Counted from the stretch's first letter, positions 9,196 through 19,506 are shown. The stretch is DNA of 37,801 bases from Verrucomicrobiota bacterium (GCA_033762115.1 JANRLX010000009.1:1-37801); one strand, 5' to 3'. Translations and numbers: made by a program. Notes: generated by a model from the sequence alone, not told the origin.

Positions 9196-9978
9196 ATGAA
9201 GGTTTTTGTTTTAGGTCACCGGGGAATGCTGGGGCACGTGCTCACACGATACCTCCGAGAACAAGGTCATCAGGTACTCACTACCGAAGAGCGTTACCGA
9301 GGTGAGCCAAAGGACCCCTTTATTTCTGCGGTGATGCGATCCAACGCGGAGTGGGTGGTCAATGCAATTGGCAAAATTAAACAAAAATGCCTTGAACCCT
9401 CAGACCTGATGCTCGGAAATACCTTATTACCCATCCATCTAAAATCATTCCTGACTTCAGGACAAAGACTCATCCATGCCAGCACGGATTGTGTTTTTTC
9501 TGGAAAACGTGGGAGATACCAGGTTGATGACACGCGGGATGCAGAAGATGCCTATGGCTTATCAAAACTTTTGGGTGAAGTCATTGCTGAACGAGGTGTT
9601 TGCCAGATCATTCGAACTTCAATCATCGGACCAGAAACAGGAACGGGCTCGGGATTAATGGGATGGTTTCTTTCACAATCGAGACCTGTGAACGGATATA
9701 CGAATCACTTCTGGAATGGAATCACAACATTGCAGTGGGCAAAAATTTGTGGGGGCATCATTGATGGTTCATTGATACCCGCAAAAGGAATTTTGCAACT
9801 GGCAAGTGATCGCCCCGTCAGCAAGCAGGAGTTGCTCAAGATTATCGCCGCTGTCTGGCCTCATTCGATCAGCATTAACGCAATGGAAGCACCCGAGCGT
9901 ATTGATCGAACTTTGGAACCTGACCTGGCCTGCCCCTCGATTGAAGAGCAAATGGTGGAACTCCGGCAATGGTATTGA
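9196..9978 (+). CDS. RmlD-like NDP-4-keto-6-deoxysugar reductase (QnlA/WbvR-like)
   Basis: LGHRGMLG, HASTDCVFSG, YGLSK catalytic YxxxK, IRTSIIGPE and WNGITT. Confidence 0.82.
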   Translation: MKVFVLGHRGMLGHVLTRYLREQGHQVLTTEERYRGEPKDPFISAVMRSNAEWVVNAIGKIKQKCLEPSDLMLGNTLLPIHLKSFLTSGQRLIHASTDCVFSGKRGRYQVDDTRDAEDAYGLSKLLGEVIAERGVCQIIRTSIIGPETGTGSGLMGWFLSQSRPVNGYTNHFWNGITTLQWAKICGGIIDGSLIPAKGILQLASDRPVSKQELLKIIAAVWPHSISINAMEAPERIDRTLEPDLACPSIEEQMVELRQWY

Positions 9979-9980
9979 AA

Positions 9981-10652
9981 ATGGCTGACTTAAAATTTCA
10001 CCAACTCCTTGTGCCTGATACGGAAGTTTTTGTTCACCGGTTGCTTGCTCGTAACGAATGCCAGACTGCATTGGATATAGGGTGTGGCAAAAGCTCGTAC
10101 CTGGCTCGATTCAGGCCCTCAATTCGCACTGTTGGATTGGATGCCTTTGAAGGGGCCATTCAAACTTCCAGGAAGTTAAACCTTCATGATGAGTACATTC
10201 TCGCGAATATTATTGAAACCCCGGTTTCAAAGATTTTGGAGTCACGAGAAGGCAAAAAATTCGATCTTGTGGCCATGTTTGACCTGATAGAGCACCTACC
10301 AAAACGGATGGGGTGGGAGTTGCTGGAAAAATGCGAGCAATTATCCGACAGATATATAGTTCTGCAAACCCCATATGGATTTCTGGAGCAGGGGCCGGAA
10401 GATTCAAACACTTACCAACGCCATCTTTCCGGCTGGTTTCCTCATGATTTCGAAGGTTTGGGGTATACTGTTGCAGGCACTGCAGGTACAAAATGTTTTC
10501 ATGGCTACGCCGGTAAATTCAAATGGAATTTCCCTGGAGTTAAACTGCTTGATTACGCCCTTGGCTTTCTTCTGAATCTTGAGCGGAATCCTCGGTATGC
10601 CTTCAATATTGTCGCGTGGAAGGATCTGAACGGGGTGCCTGCCCGTTTGTAA
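9981..10652 (+). CDS. Class I SAM-dependent methyltransferase (probably sugar-modifying)
   Basis: ALDIGCG motif I, GLD, FDLV..FDLIEHL; sits inside the sugar cluster. Confidence 0.8.
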   Translation: MADLKFHQLLVPDTEVFVHRLLARNECQTALDIGCGKSSYLARFRPSIRTVGLDAFEGAIQTSRKLNLHDEYILANIIETPVSKILESREGKKFDLVAMFDLIEHLPKRMGWELLEKCEQLSDRYIVLQTPYGFLEQGPEDSNTYQRHLSGWFPHDFEGLGYTVAGTAGTKCFHGYAGKFKWNFPGVKLLDYALGFLLNLERNPRYAFNIVAWKDLNGVPARL

Positions 10653-10657
10653 GTAGT

Positions 10658-11647
10658 ATGGCCGAAATCACTACTGTTATTCCGGTGTATAATGGAGAGA
10701 AGTACATTCTTCAAACTCTCGAAAGCCTTGCACAGCAAACACGACGACCGGATCGGATTGTGGCCGTGGATGATTGTTCCACGGATGCCACCCGTGAAAT
10801 TGTGCAATCATTTCTGCCAATTCATTGCGAGTGGATCCCAAACCCAAAAAATCTCGGGCTGTTTGGCAATCACAATAGCGCTCTACGGTTTGCAGCCGAA
10901 TCCTGCTATTTTCATATTCTTCACGCGAACGACCTGATCGCTCCTTCATTTTTTGAAAAGCTGATTCCCTTGATTGAAAATGCTCCAGATTATGCCATGG
11001 CGTTCAGCGGCCATGTTTTCATTCGTGAAAACGGGGAACGCACATCCCAGGAAGGAGGGGTTCTTGGCCGAACGGCGCAACAAATTTCATTGAAGAGATT
11101 TTTAGAGCAACAAACAGAGTTAAAAGCGATCCAACTGCATTCAGCTGTACTGAAAACCTCTTATAAAAAGAGTCCGGTGGAGTTCCGGTTGGATTTGCCA
11201 CAACTGGGGGACATAGTTTTCCATTCGGAATTTGCCGCTCACTGCTCGCAAATCTGGGCTCATCCTGAAATCATGTCGTACGTGCGAATTCACACGGACA
11301 GTGCAACAAGCAAAAATATCAAAAATATAAATGCCTGGGTGCTGGATGAATGGAAGGCCATGCAGATCGTATTCAAATTGATGCAGGAACATGGGATTGC
11401 CAGTTGGACCCGGGGCGAAAAACTTCGGTTACTTTATGCGGCGCGTTGTATTGTGAAGATTCAGACCATTGCCCACACTGCCCCTGATTACGCCCAGAAT
11501 ATCAAAACAGCAACAAAGCCGTTGACCGGAAACTTTTCCTGGGCTATTGCCTCCGCCATAGTAAAGCTTCGAGATTTACTTCAACCGAAGCAGGATCAAA
11601 CGAGTGACCGTTTGGGAACCAATGCCAAAGGTAAATATGCAAAATAA
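10658..11647 (+). CDS. Glycosyltransferase family 2
   Basis: VIPVYNGEKYI, VDDCSTDAT and NLGLFGNHN. The DxD region reads ILHAND. Start placed at the ATG at 10658. Confidence 0.88.
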   Translation: MAEITTVIPVYNGEKYILQTLESLAQQTRRPDRIVAVDDCSTDATREIVQSFLPIHCEWIPNPKNLGLFGNHNSALRFAAESCYFHILHANDLIAPSFFEKLIPLIENAPDYAMAFSGHVFIRENGERTSQEGGVLGRTAQQISLKRFLEQQTELKAIQLHSAVLKTSYKKSPVEFRLDLPQLGDIVFHSEFAAHCSQIWAHPEIMSYVRIHTDSATSKNIKNINAWVLDEWKAMQIVFKLMQEHGIASWTRGEKLRLLYAARCIVKIQTIAHTAPDYAQNIKTATKPLTGNFSWAIASAIVKLRDLLQPKQDQTSDRLGTNAKGKYAK

Positions 11648-14228
11648 ATCCTTGAAGAGCTTCGCGCTGCTTACCCTGACATTGATACTGTTGTTCGGTT
11701 TTTTATTTTCCAAGAGTTGCAATTCAGATCAGATCCTGTTTTCAAGCGATGGGCCCCTTGGAGCAATCAGCGCAAAATCCGCCAACATGTCTACAGCGTG
11801 GAGTGGAATCTGGCAGGACCTTAACTGGCTGGGAATCGAGAATCCAGCAGCCTTGCCTCACACCAGTTCTTTATTCTGGTTTATTCTTGGGGATGATCCG
11901 GTTAGTTTTTCCAAATATCATGTTCCAATTGCCCTTGTAGGCCTGGGGTTAAGTCTCTGGGTTTTAATGAGGCAGTTCGGGTTTCGCCATTCAGTTTGTG
12001 CATTGGCTGCCATTGCGGCAGCCCTCAACATGAATACTTTCTCCCACTCCACCTGGGGTTTGCCTTCCCGAGCCTGGACACTTGCTTCGACCTTTCTGGC
12101 AATTGCAGCCCTTCGCAGCGGGATGAATTCTCGTCCACTATTGAAAGCGCTTCTGGCGGGGATGGCTGTTTCAAATGGAATCATGGAAGGGTTCGATGTG
12201 GGGGCGATTTTCAGTTTATATGTAGGAGCCTTTGCACTTTTTATCGTCCTGAGTGAGCCAGGCCAATTCAGTGGTATAAAATTAGGGCGAGCGTTGCTTG
12301 GGTCCGGAGTGGTGGCTGTGTTCGCCGCCATCTGCGCAGCTGCTGCCCTATCAACACTTATCGGCACCCAAATCAAAGGGGTTGCAGGGATGGAACAAAA
12401 TGAGGCTTCCCGTGAACAGCGGTGGGATTTCGCCACCATGTGGAGCCTTCCAAAAGCGGAAACAGCTCGTGTGCTGATTCCAGGGCTCTTTGGGTATCGG
12501 ATGGACACCTCGGATGGAGGAAATTATTGGGGTTCTGTCGGACAAAGCCCAGGTTACCCGACAAGCAGGCATTCCGGTTCGGGTGAATATGCGGGGACTC
12601 TCGTCCTGCTGCTTGCCTGTTTCGCGGTGGCAAATGCGTTTCGAAAAAAGGAAAACCCTTATACAGATTTTGAACGTAAATGTGTTTTGTTCTTTGCCGG
12701 TGCCGCACTGGTTTCACTGCTGTTTGCGTGGGGACGTCATGCTCCATTTTACAAACTCGTCTATTCCCTCCCCTATTTTTCCACGATACGAAATCCAATC
12801 AAATTCATGCATCCCTTCCATATGGCGACGCTGATATTGTTTGGCTTCGGATTGGAAGCGTTGTTCCGCCTTTACGTCAAAGACGTCTCCGCAAAAGTTT
12901 CCGGTTTCAAGGAATCCCTGTCCCTTTGGTGGAAGAGTGCCTCGCCTTTTGAAAAACGATGGACCTGGGGATCCTTGCTGTTTACGGGTGTTTTTCTGCT
13001 CGGCTCTCTGATTTACATGTCATCACGGCGTGATCTGATGGCCTATCTGGCCAAAGTAGGGTTTTCTGAAACGGCTGGGGAACAGATTCTTGCATTCAGT
13101 TTTGGCGAAATTGGCTATGCGATGGTCTTTGTTTCCATAGCTGTCTTGCTGGTGATTGCAGCGTTGAGTGGTTGGTTCTCAGGAAAACGTGCTCGGTTGT
13201 TGGTGATTATTTTAGGCGTTTACCTGGCTTTTGATCTCGCGCGGGCCAATCAACCCTGGATCATTTACTATAATTATAAAGAGCGTTACGCCTCGAATCC
13301 GATCATCGATTTCCTGCGACAAGATCCCCACCTGCACCGCGTCACAGCTCGATTGGCTCCTTTCTCGGATCGACATTTCGCTGAAGGACCGACTGCCTTT
13401 TTTGCAGGCACAGCGAACACCTGGCTCCAGCACCATTTTCAATATTACAATATCCAATCACTTGAACCGGTGCAGATGCCCCGACCTCCAGAGCTGGATA
13501 AGCAGTTTTTTTCAGCCCTGGTACCTGCCGGGCAACGTTCCGCAAATGTGTTGGTGCGAATGTGGGAACTTTCAAACACCCGTTATTTGCTGGGTGATCG
13601 ACAATTTCTCGCTTCAGTGCCCCAACAACTGGACCCTGGAAAAGATCGGTTTCGCATTGTTCAGACATTTGACATGTCTCCCAAACCAGTTGTGCCTGCG
13701 GAAAAGTTGACGCTCGATGACTTGCAATGGGGCTTGAAGGAGGATGGACGCTTTGCGCTTATGGAATTCACCGGGGCGCTCCCACGTTTCAAGCTTTATC
13801 CCACATGGACGATTGCCACGAATGATCAGGAAACCTTGAACCAGCTCGCCTCACCAACGTTCGACCCACACCAGAATGTTTTCATTCACAGCAACATTCC
13901 AGTCAGCCAGCAACCCGCCACAAATTTCAATGAGAACGTTGCGATTAAGAATTACTCCTCAAAAGAGATTGAACTCACCGTATCCAACAATATTCCAGCA
14001 GTGCTCTTGTACAACGACAAGTATGCCCCAAATTGGAAACTCCAGGTGAATGGCCAACCACAGGAATTGCTCCGCGCGAATTTCATCATGCGTGGGATAT
14101 TTCTTCCTGTCGGAACCCATACCGTCGCCATGCGCTATTCCCAACCAATGACCGGACTTTACATTTCTATTCTTGGCATCAGCGCAGGAATCATTGTGCT
14201 GTTGTCACTGGTTTTTTCGCGCAAGTAA
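11622..14228 (+). CDS. YfhO-family polytopic membrane protein (GT-C fold glycosyltransferase-like)
   Basis: About 12 hydrophobic segments, FSTIRNPIKF, and a YfhO-like C-terminus (VLLYNDKYAPNWKLQVNGQPQELLRANFIMRGIFLPVGTHTVAMRY) followed by a final TM helix. Start at 11622 or 11637. Confidence 0.75.
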   Translation: MPKVNMQNKSLKSFALLTLTLILLFGFLFSKSCNSDQILFSSDGPLGAISAKSANMSTAWSGIWQDLNWLGIENPAALPHTSSLFWFILGDDPVSFSKYHVPIALVGLGLSLWVLMRQFGFRHSVCALAAIAAALNMNTFSHSTWGLPSRAWTLASTFLAIAALRSGMNSRPLLKALLAGMAVSNGIMEGFDVGAIFSLYVGAFALFIVLSEPGQFSGIKLGRALLGSGVVAVFAAICAAAALSTLIGTQIKGVAGMEQNEASREQRWDFATMWSLPKAETARVLIPGLFGYRMDTSDGGNYWGSVGQSPGYPTSRHSGSGEYAGTLVLLLACFAVANAFRKKENPYTDFERKCVLFFAGAALVSLLFAWGRHAPFYKLVYSLPYFSTIRNPIKFMHPFHMATLILFGFGLEALFRLYVKDVSAKVSGFKESLSLWWKSASPFEKRWTWGSLLFTGVFLLGSLIYMSSRRDLMAYLAKVGFSETAGEQILAFSFGEIGYAMVFVSIAVLLVIAALSGWFSGKRARLLVIILGVYLAFDLARANQPWIIYYNYKERYASNPIIDFLRQDPHLHRVTARLAPFSDRHFAEGPTAFFAGTANTWLQHHFQYYNIQSLEPVQMPRPPELDKQFFSALVPAGQRSANVLVRMWELSNTRYLLGDRQFLASVPQQLDPGKDRFRIVQTFDMSPKPVVPAEKLTLDDLQWGLKEDGRFALMEFTGALPRFKLYPTWTIATNDQETLNQLASPTFDPHQNVFIHSNIPVSQQPATNFNENVAIKNYSSKEIELTVSNNIPAVLLYNDKYAPNWKLQVNGQPQELLRANFIMRGIFLPVGTHTVAMRYSQPMTGLYISILGISAGIIVLLSLVFSRK

Positions 14229-14266
14229 AAATCTTCTTCTCCGGAATCGATGGGGCGACCCCGATC

Positions 14267-14299
14267 TTGATGCACCGCAGGTTGCATATTAACCTGCGG
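14267..14299 (+). promoter_or_regulatory. Candidate glnE promoter overlapped by a perfect 9-bp inverted repeat
   Basis: TTGATG-N17-TAACCT-N5-ATG, with CCGCAGGTT-N7-AACCTGCGG at 14275-14299. Confidence 0.5.
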
Positions 14300-14300
14300 A

Positions 14301-17300
14301 ATGCCTGATGCGGTTTGGAAAAAAGCAATTACGAACAGTCCTGATAAGATTCGATCCGAACATTATTACAAACAATTAAGCCAGACAGCAGCCTCCTCCT
14401 TTCTGGCTTCAGCTTCCGATGACCAAGCCCGCATTCTGGTCCAGCTTTTTAGCGGCAGTGAAGCGTTAAGCGAACTTCTGTTAATCCATCCTGATTGGAT
14501 AGAGCAGTTGACTCCTGAATCCCTCAGCTACCCACGAAAAATCCAGGGATTGAAACGAGAAGTTGATGAATGGCTGGTTCCGTCACTTAATTCCAAGGAT
14601 TTTGAGAATGGTTTCCGGCAGATTCGCATGCTGAAACAACGCGAGATGCTTCGAATTGCTGCACGTGACCTGGCCCACATGGCACCCGTTCCGGAGATCA
14701 TCAAGGAAATCTCAAATATCGCTGACATTTCGCTGGAAACTGTCCATCGGATTTGTTGGGAACAACTCACCGGACGATTTGGTGAGCCGTGGCACCGCGA
14801 AAGTGATGGCCCCTGGCAAAAAACAAAATTTTGCGTCCTCGGGATGGGCAAGCTGGGTGGTCAGGAGTTGAACTACAGCTCGGATGTTGACGTCCTGTTT
14901 GTTTACAGCGGGGAAGGATTTGCTTTTAAAACTCCACCAAAGAAAAATGATCAAGGCCGGGGGCTGGCCAATCACCATTTTTTCAAACAACTTGCAGAAC
15001 AGTTCATCAATGAAGTCTCCCGCCTGGCTCCGGAAGGTGCCCTGTTCAGGATTGATTTGCGACTGAGGCCGGAGGGTAAAAGCAGCCCCCTGGCCCGCTC
15101 CCTGGGAAGTTATGAAAATTATTATTCGCAATGGGGGCAAACCTGGGAACGGATGATGTTGATCAAGGCCAGGTGTATAGCGGGAGATAGCAACCTCGCT
15201 GGCGAGTTTTTGGAAATGGTTCAGCCTTTTCGTTATCCACGCACTATTACCGACCAGCTTCCACATGAGGTGGCGGAGATGAAGCTTCGTATTGAAAATG
15301 AAGTTATCAAAGCGGGGGAACTTGAGCGGAACGTCAAATTGGGACGTGGTGGCATTCGTGAGATTGAATTTATTGTGCAGACATTGCAGGTATTGCATGG
15401 AGGACGTTACCCCTTTTTACAAAGCACCCAAACCCTGCCCACATTGTCCAAACTCGTGCAGTATGAACTTCTCGGCTCAGAGGAAGCGGCAAAGCTTTCT
15501 GAAGCTTACTGCTTCCTTCGTGCTGTGGAGCATCGCTTGCAGATGAATAATAATCGGCAAACTCATACCGTCCCCGCTGACCGGGTTTATCAGGAACGCC
15601 TCGCACGTTTAATGCAATTTGGATCCCTTGCAGCTTTCCAGAAAAAGCTCCACGAGGTTAACGATACGGTTCGCAGCAGTTATGATCGATTCATTAAAAT
15701 GGACCCAAACAAGCCTGGGAATGCATTGCCTTACGGTTTTGAAGAAAATGAGGCCGCCTGGATTCAGCTGCTGGAAAGTCACTCGTTTATTGAGCCGCAA
15801 CGCAGCCTGAAAATCCTTCAGGAATTCGTGAACGGTCCCGGGTTTGGCCATGTTTCCTCACGAACGTCCCAATCCGCCCGGGAATTGATAACCCGTTTTT
15901 TCTCAATGTGCCGGAAAAAGGGGGAAAAAGCCCCGAACGAACTTTTTCTGTCCGACCCTGACCGTGTCCTCGCCCGTGTTGCCAGCTTTGTCAGCGCGTA
16001 TGGCGCAAGGGCGGTCCTTTATGAAACGTGGTTATCGAATCCCTCCCTTTTTAAACTGCTTCTTGTTTTGTTCGATCGATCAGAATTCCTTGCAGAGCTT
16101 GCGATTCGCACACCCGATTTAGTTGATGAAATCGAGCAAACAGGACAACTGCGCCGGCATAAATCTTCCATCATCAACCTGGAGGAATTGCGCCATGGCA
16201 TGGATGATCCGGATCAACATTTCTGGGTCCGCCGCTATTTCCAAGCAGAACTGATGCGGATTGGCCTGCGGGACATTCTGGATTTGGCGAATCCTGAAGA
16301 GACCCAATCCGAACTGACCTCCCTTGCGGATGCATGTCTGACGTATGCAACCGAAGTCATTGTGAAGAAGCATGGGTTTCGAAAACCACCCTTTGCCATA
16401 TTTGGTCTGGGAAAATTAGGCGGACAGGAACTGATCTACGGCTCGGACCTCGACATTTTTTTTGTGGCGCCGCCCAAAGTGCAGAATTTGCCAGCACTTC
16501 AAAAAGTGGCCATTGACATCATGGACCTGCTCACAAGGAGAACAGAGCATGGCACCACCTTCGAAACAGACGCACGCCTGCGCCCGGATGGTCTTAAGGG
16601 TTTGCTCGTCAATACGGTGGATGCCTATCAGGAATATTACCGCAAACGTGCCATGCTTTGGGAAATCCAGTCGTTGACTCGACTGCGCCCGATCACAGGG
16701 CACGCGGAAGTGCTTCAACAAATGTTAAAGCAAGCCGAGGAGTTGACTCGATGGGCCAAGGGTCGCAACGAACTTTCCGCCTATATACCCAACTGGCGTG
16801 AGGAAGTGCACCTCATGCGTTTGCGCATTCAGACTGAACGCACGCCAGCAGGCATGGACAAACTGGCAATTAAAACGGGGATCGGTGGGTTGGTCGATGT
16901 CGAGTTCATCGCACAGGTCTTGAGCCTCGCCTCGGACTGGCATGAGCCGAATACCTTGCGGGCTTTGAAGAAAGCGGCTGAATGTGGTCTTATCGAGACG
17001 AACGATGCTGCTCTGCTGAGCGAGCACTACAAGCAATTGATGCAGGTGGAACGGATACTTCGCCGCTGGAGCCTTGAGGCTGAATCATTGCTACCGAATG
17101 ATCCCGCGCCTCTTTACAGAGTTGCTGCCCGCTGCGGTCATCCAACCAGTGATGCATTTCTGGCCGAGGTGAACCGATCTCGAAATATTATCCGCTCGAT
17201 TTATAATAAGGTTTTCGCCGTGGAAAATGTTCGTGCAGACAAGGGACCTGCAAAATCGAATCGAAGTCATGGCAAAAGCAGCGTTTCACCCCGAAAGCAA

Positions 17301-17336
17301 AACGAAGGACTAAGACCTCTTCCAGACCATCCTTAA
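14301..17336 (+). CDS. glnE: Bifunctional glutamine synthetase adenylyltransferase/adenylyl-removing enzyme
   Basis: Two nucleotidyltransferase domains: GKLGGQELNYSSDVD...DLRLRPEG and GKLGGQELIYGSDLD...DARLRPDG. Also KLGRGGIREIEF and KTGIGGLVDVEF. Confidence 0.96.
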   Translation: MPDAVWKKAITNSPDKIRSEHYYKQLSQTAASSFLASASDDQARILVQLFSGSEALSELLLIHPDWIEQLTPESLSYPRKIQGLKREVDEWLVPSLNSKDFENGFRQIRMLKQREMLRIAARDLAHMAPVPEIIKEISNIADISLETVHRICWEQLTGRFGEPWHRESDGPWQKTKFCVLGMGKLGGQELNYSSDVDVLFVYSGEGFAFKTPPKKNDQGRGLANHHFFKQLAEQFINEVSRLAPEGALFRIDLRLRPEGKSSPLARSLGSYENYYSQWGQTWERMMLIKARCIAGDSNLAGEFLEMVQPFRYPRTITDQLPHEVAEMKLRIENEVIKAGELERNVKLGRGGIREIEFIVQTLQVLHGGRYPFLQSTQTLPTLSKLVQYELLGSEEAAKLSEAYCFLRAVEHRLQMNNNRQTHTVPADRVYQERLARLMQFGSLAAFQKKLHEVNDTVRSSYDRFIKMDPNKPGNALPYGFEENEAAWIQLLESHSFIEPQRSLKILQEFVNGPGFGHVSSRTSQSARELITRFFSMCRKKGEKAPNELFLSDPDRVLARVASFVSAYGARAVLYETWLSNPSLFKLLLVLFDRSEFLAELAIRTPDLVDEIEQTGQLRRHKSSIINLEELRHGMDDPDQHFWVRRYFQAELMRIGLRDILDLANPEETQSELTSLADACLTYATEVIVKKHGFRKPPFAIFGLGKLGGQELIYGSDLDIFFVAPPKVQNLPALQKVAIDIMDLLTRRTEHGTTFETDARLRPDGLKGLLVNTVDAYQEYYRKRAMLWEIQSLTRLRPITGHAEVLQQMLKQAEELTRWAKGRNELSAYIPNWREEVHLMRLRIQTERTPAGMDKLAIKTGIGGLVDVEFIAQVLSLASDWHEPNTLRALKKAAECGLIETNDAALLSEHYKQLMQVERILRRWSLEAESLLPNDPAPLYRVAARCGHPTSDAFLAEVNRSRNIIRSIYNKVFAVENVRADKGPAKSNRSHGKSSVSPRKQNEGLRPLPDHP

Positions 17337-17385
17337 TTAATGTTCTGCGTTGTCATCAACCATCTGAATGGTGTTACCTTTCTTT

Positions 17386-17952
17386 ATGACGCAAAGCGAA
17401 GCGCTGCAAATTTTCAAAGAAACCGGGGCGTTGTTGGAAGGCCACTTCATTCTTCGAAGTGGTTTGCACAGCAGGCAATTTTTTCAATGCGCGCTGGCAC
17501 TGCAGGAAATGCCAATTGTTGAGCGTTTGGGACAGGCATTGGCGGAGCAGGTGCGTTCCTTAAATGTTCGCACCGTAATCTCTCCTGCGATGGGAGGATT
17601 GGTCATCGGGCAGGAAATCGCCCGGCAACTTGGATCACGTTTTATTTTTGCGGAAAAGGAGAATGGGGTCCTTGTTCTCAGGCGCGGTTTTAAAATCAAG
17701 GAGGGTGAACGGCTGTTGGTTGTGGAGGATGTCGTCACCCAGGGAGGGAGGGTCAGGGAAACCATTGAAATTGTTCGCCATCATGGAGGAATTGTAGCGG
17801 GAGTGGCAATGATTGTGGATCGTTCTGATGGGTCTGTTGATCTCGGTTGCCCAACCTTCAGTCTGCTCAAATTAAAAGTCGAAGCTTTCCCGGCCGACCA
17901 GCTTCCACCAGACCTTGCCGCCACCGATGCAATCAAGCCAGGAAGCAAATAA
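17386..17952 (+). CDS. pyrE: Orotate phosphoribosyltransferase
   Basis: GALLEGHFILRSGLHS, SPAMGG and the PRPP motif LVVEDVVTQGG. Its stop overlaps the next start (TAATG). Confidence 0.93.
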   Translation: MTQSEALQIFKETGALLEGHFILRSGLHSRQFFQCALALQEMPIVERLGQALAEQVRSLNVRTVISPAMGGLVIGQEIARQLGSRFIFAEKENGVLVLRRGFKIKEGERLLVVEDVVTQGGRVRETIEIVRHHGGIVAGVAMIVDRSDGSVDLGCPTFSLLKLKVEAFPADQLPPDLAATDAIKPGSK

Positions 17953-19505
17953 TGGCCTTTGAATCCTATAGCGATTTTATTGATAGGTTGGATCAGGCAG
18001 GAGATTTAATCCGGGTCAGACAACCGGTTGCCACCGAACTGGAAATCACTGAATGGGCTGATCGGGAAATGAAAAAACCGAATGGTGGCAAAGCTCTGCT
18101 TTTTGAAAAGCCCACCGTTAACGGAGTCGTTTCTCCTTTTCCTCTTGCAATCAATACCCTCGGATCAGAGAAACGAATGGCTCTTTCCCTAAACGCGGCC
18201 TCAGTCCAGGAGGTGGCGGATGAATTGGGCTCGTTGGTAAAAGCAAAACCTCCCACCTCACTTCGCGAAGCAATGGGACTGCTTGGCACTGCGTTGGAAT
18301 TGCGGCATGCCCGTCCTAAAATGGTCAAATCCGCCCCATGCCAGGAGAATGTTCATCGATTCGATCCTGCTCCGACGGCAACTGAATGGCCCGACGCGAT
18401 TACCGCCATTGGAAAACTGGCGAAAGTGCGAACCGGTAATGATAATCCCCAACTGCCTACATTGCTCAATTTACCCATTCAGCAATGCTGGCCACTTGAT
18501 GGAGGACGCTTCATTACCCTTCCCTGTGTTGTGACTAAGGATCCTGATACAGGCGAACGCAATGTGGGCATGTATCGGATTCAAGTTTTTGATGAACGCT
18601 CCACAGGCATGCACTGGCAGTTGCAAAAAGTGGGGGCAAGACATGGCAGGCGTTATTATGAATCCGGGACCCGGATGCCCGTTTCCATTTTTATTGGAGG
18701 AGACCCAATCTTCCCATTTTGTGCCACTGCTCCCCTCCCGGATGGGTTGGATGAGATGCTACTGGCGGGATATCTCCGAAAAAAATCGGTCGAACTGGTC
18801 AAATGCGTGAGCAACGATCTGGAGGTCCCGGCAAACTCCGATTTTGTCATTGAAGGTTATGTTGATCCCAGGGAACCGCTCCGGATGGAAGGCCCCTTCG
18901 GCGATCACACCGGTTTTTATTCTCTCGCAGATCGTTACCCGGTTTTTCACGTGACGGCGATTACTCATCGCAACAACGCAGTTTATCCATGCACGATCGT
19001 GGGACAACCGCCGATGGAGGATTTTTACCTTGGCACAGCCAGCGTCAGGCTGTTCATGCCAATCATCAAGATGAACTTCCCTGAGATTGTGGATATCGCC
19101 CTGCCTGCTGAGGGGGTTTTTCATAATCTCGTTTTTGTGAGCATAAAAAAAACCTACCCAATGCAGGCTTTCAAAGTAATGCATGGTTTGTGGGGAATGG
19201 GGCAAATGATGTTTACAAAGTACTTTGTCATCGTGGACGAGGATGTGAATGTGCACGATACAAGCGAAGTCCTCTTCCGACTTTGTGCCAATACGGAACC
19301 TCAGCGTGATACCATTATGACCAAGGGCCCGGCTGACGTGCTCGATCACGCGACGACTGAGTTCGCCGTGGGAAGCAAAATGGGGTTTGATGCCACACGC
19401 AAGCTGCCGGGGGAAGGATTCAAGCGTGACTGGCCCCCATTGATCCAAATGCCTGATCGGATTAAACGGCGGGTTGACCAAATGATCCGCGGCCAGGCTG
19501 GTTAG
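17952..19505 (+). CDS. ubiD: UbiD-family prFMN-dependent decarboxylase (menaquinone-biosynthesis type)
   Basis: DGGRFITLP, RNVGMYR, catalytic EGPFGDHTGFY, VGQPPMED, LWGMGQMMFTK, DVLDHA and KMGFDAT. Confidence 0.9.
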   Translation: MAFESYSDFIDRLDQAGDLIRVRQPVATELEITEWADREMKKPNGGKALLFEKPTVNGVVSPFPLAINTLGSEKRMALSLNAASVQEVADELGSLVKAKPPTSLREAMGLLGTALELRHARPKMVKSAPCQENVHRFDPAPTATEWPDAITAIGKLAKVRTGNDNPQLPTLLNLPIQQCWPLDGGRFITLPCVVTKDPDTGERNVGMYRIQVFDERSTGMHWQLQKVGARHGRRYYESGTRMPVSIFIGGDPIFPFCATAPLPDGLDEMLLAGYLRKKSVELVKCVSNDLEVPANSDFVIEGYVDPREPLRMEGPFGDHTGFYSLADRYPVFHVTAITHRNNAVYPCTIVGQPPMEDFYLGTASVRLFMPIIKMNFPEIVDIALPAEGVFHNLVFVSIKKTYPMQAFKVMHGLWGMGQMMFTKYFVIVDEDVNVHDTSEVLFRLCANTEPQRDTIMTKGPADVLDHATTEFAVGSKMGFDATRKLPGEGFKRDWPPLIQMPDRIKRRVDQMIRGQAG

Positions 19506-19506
19506 G

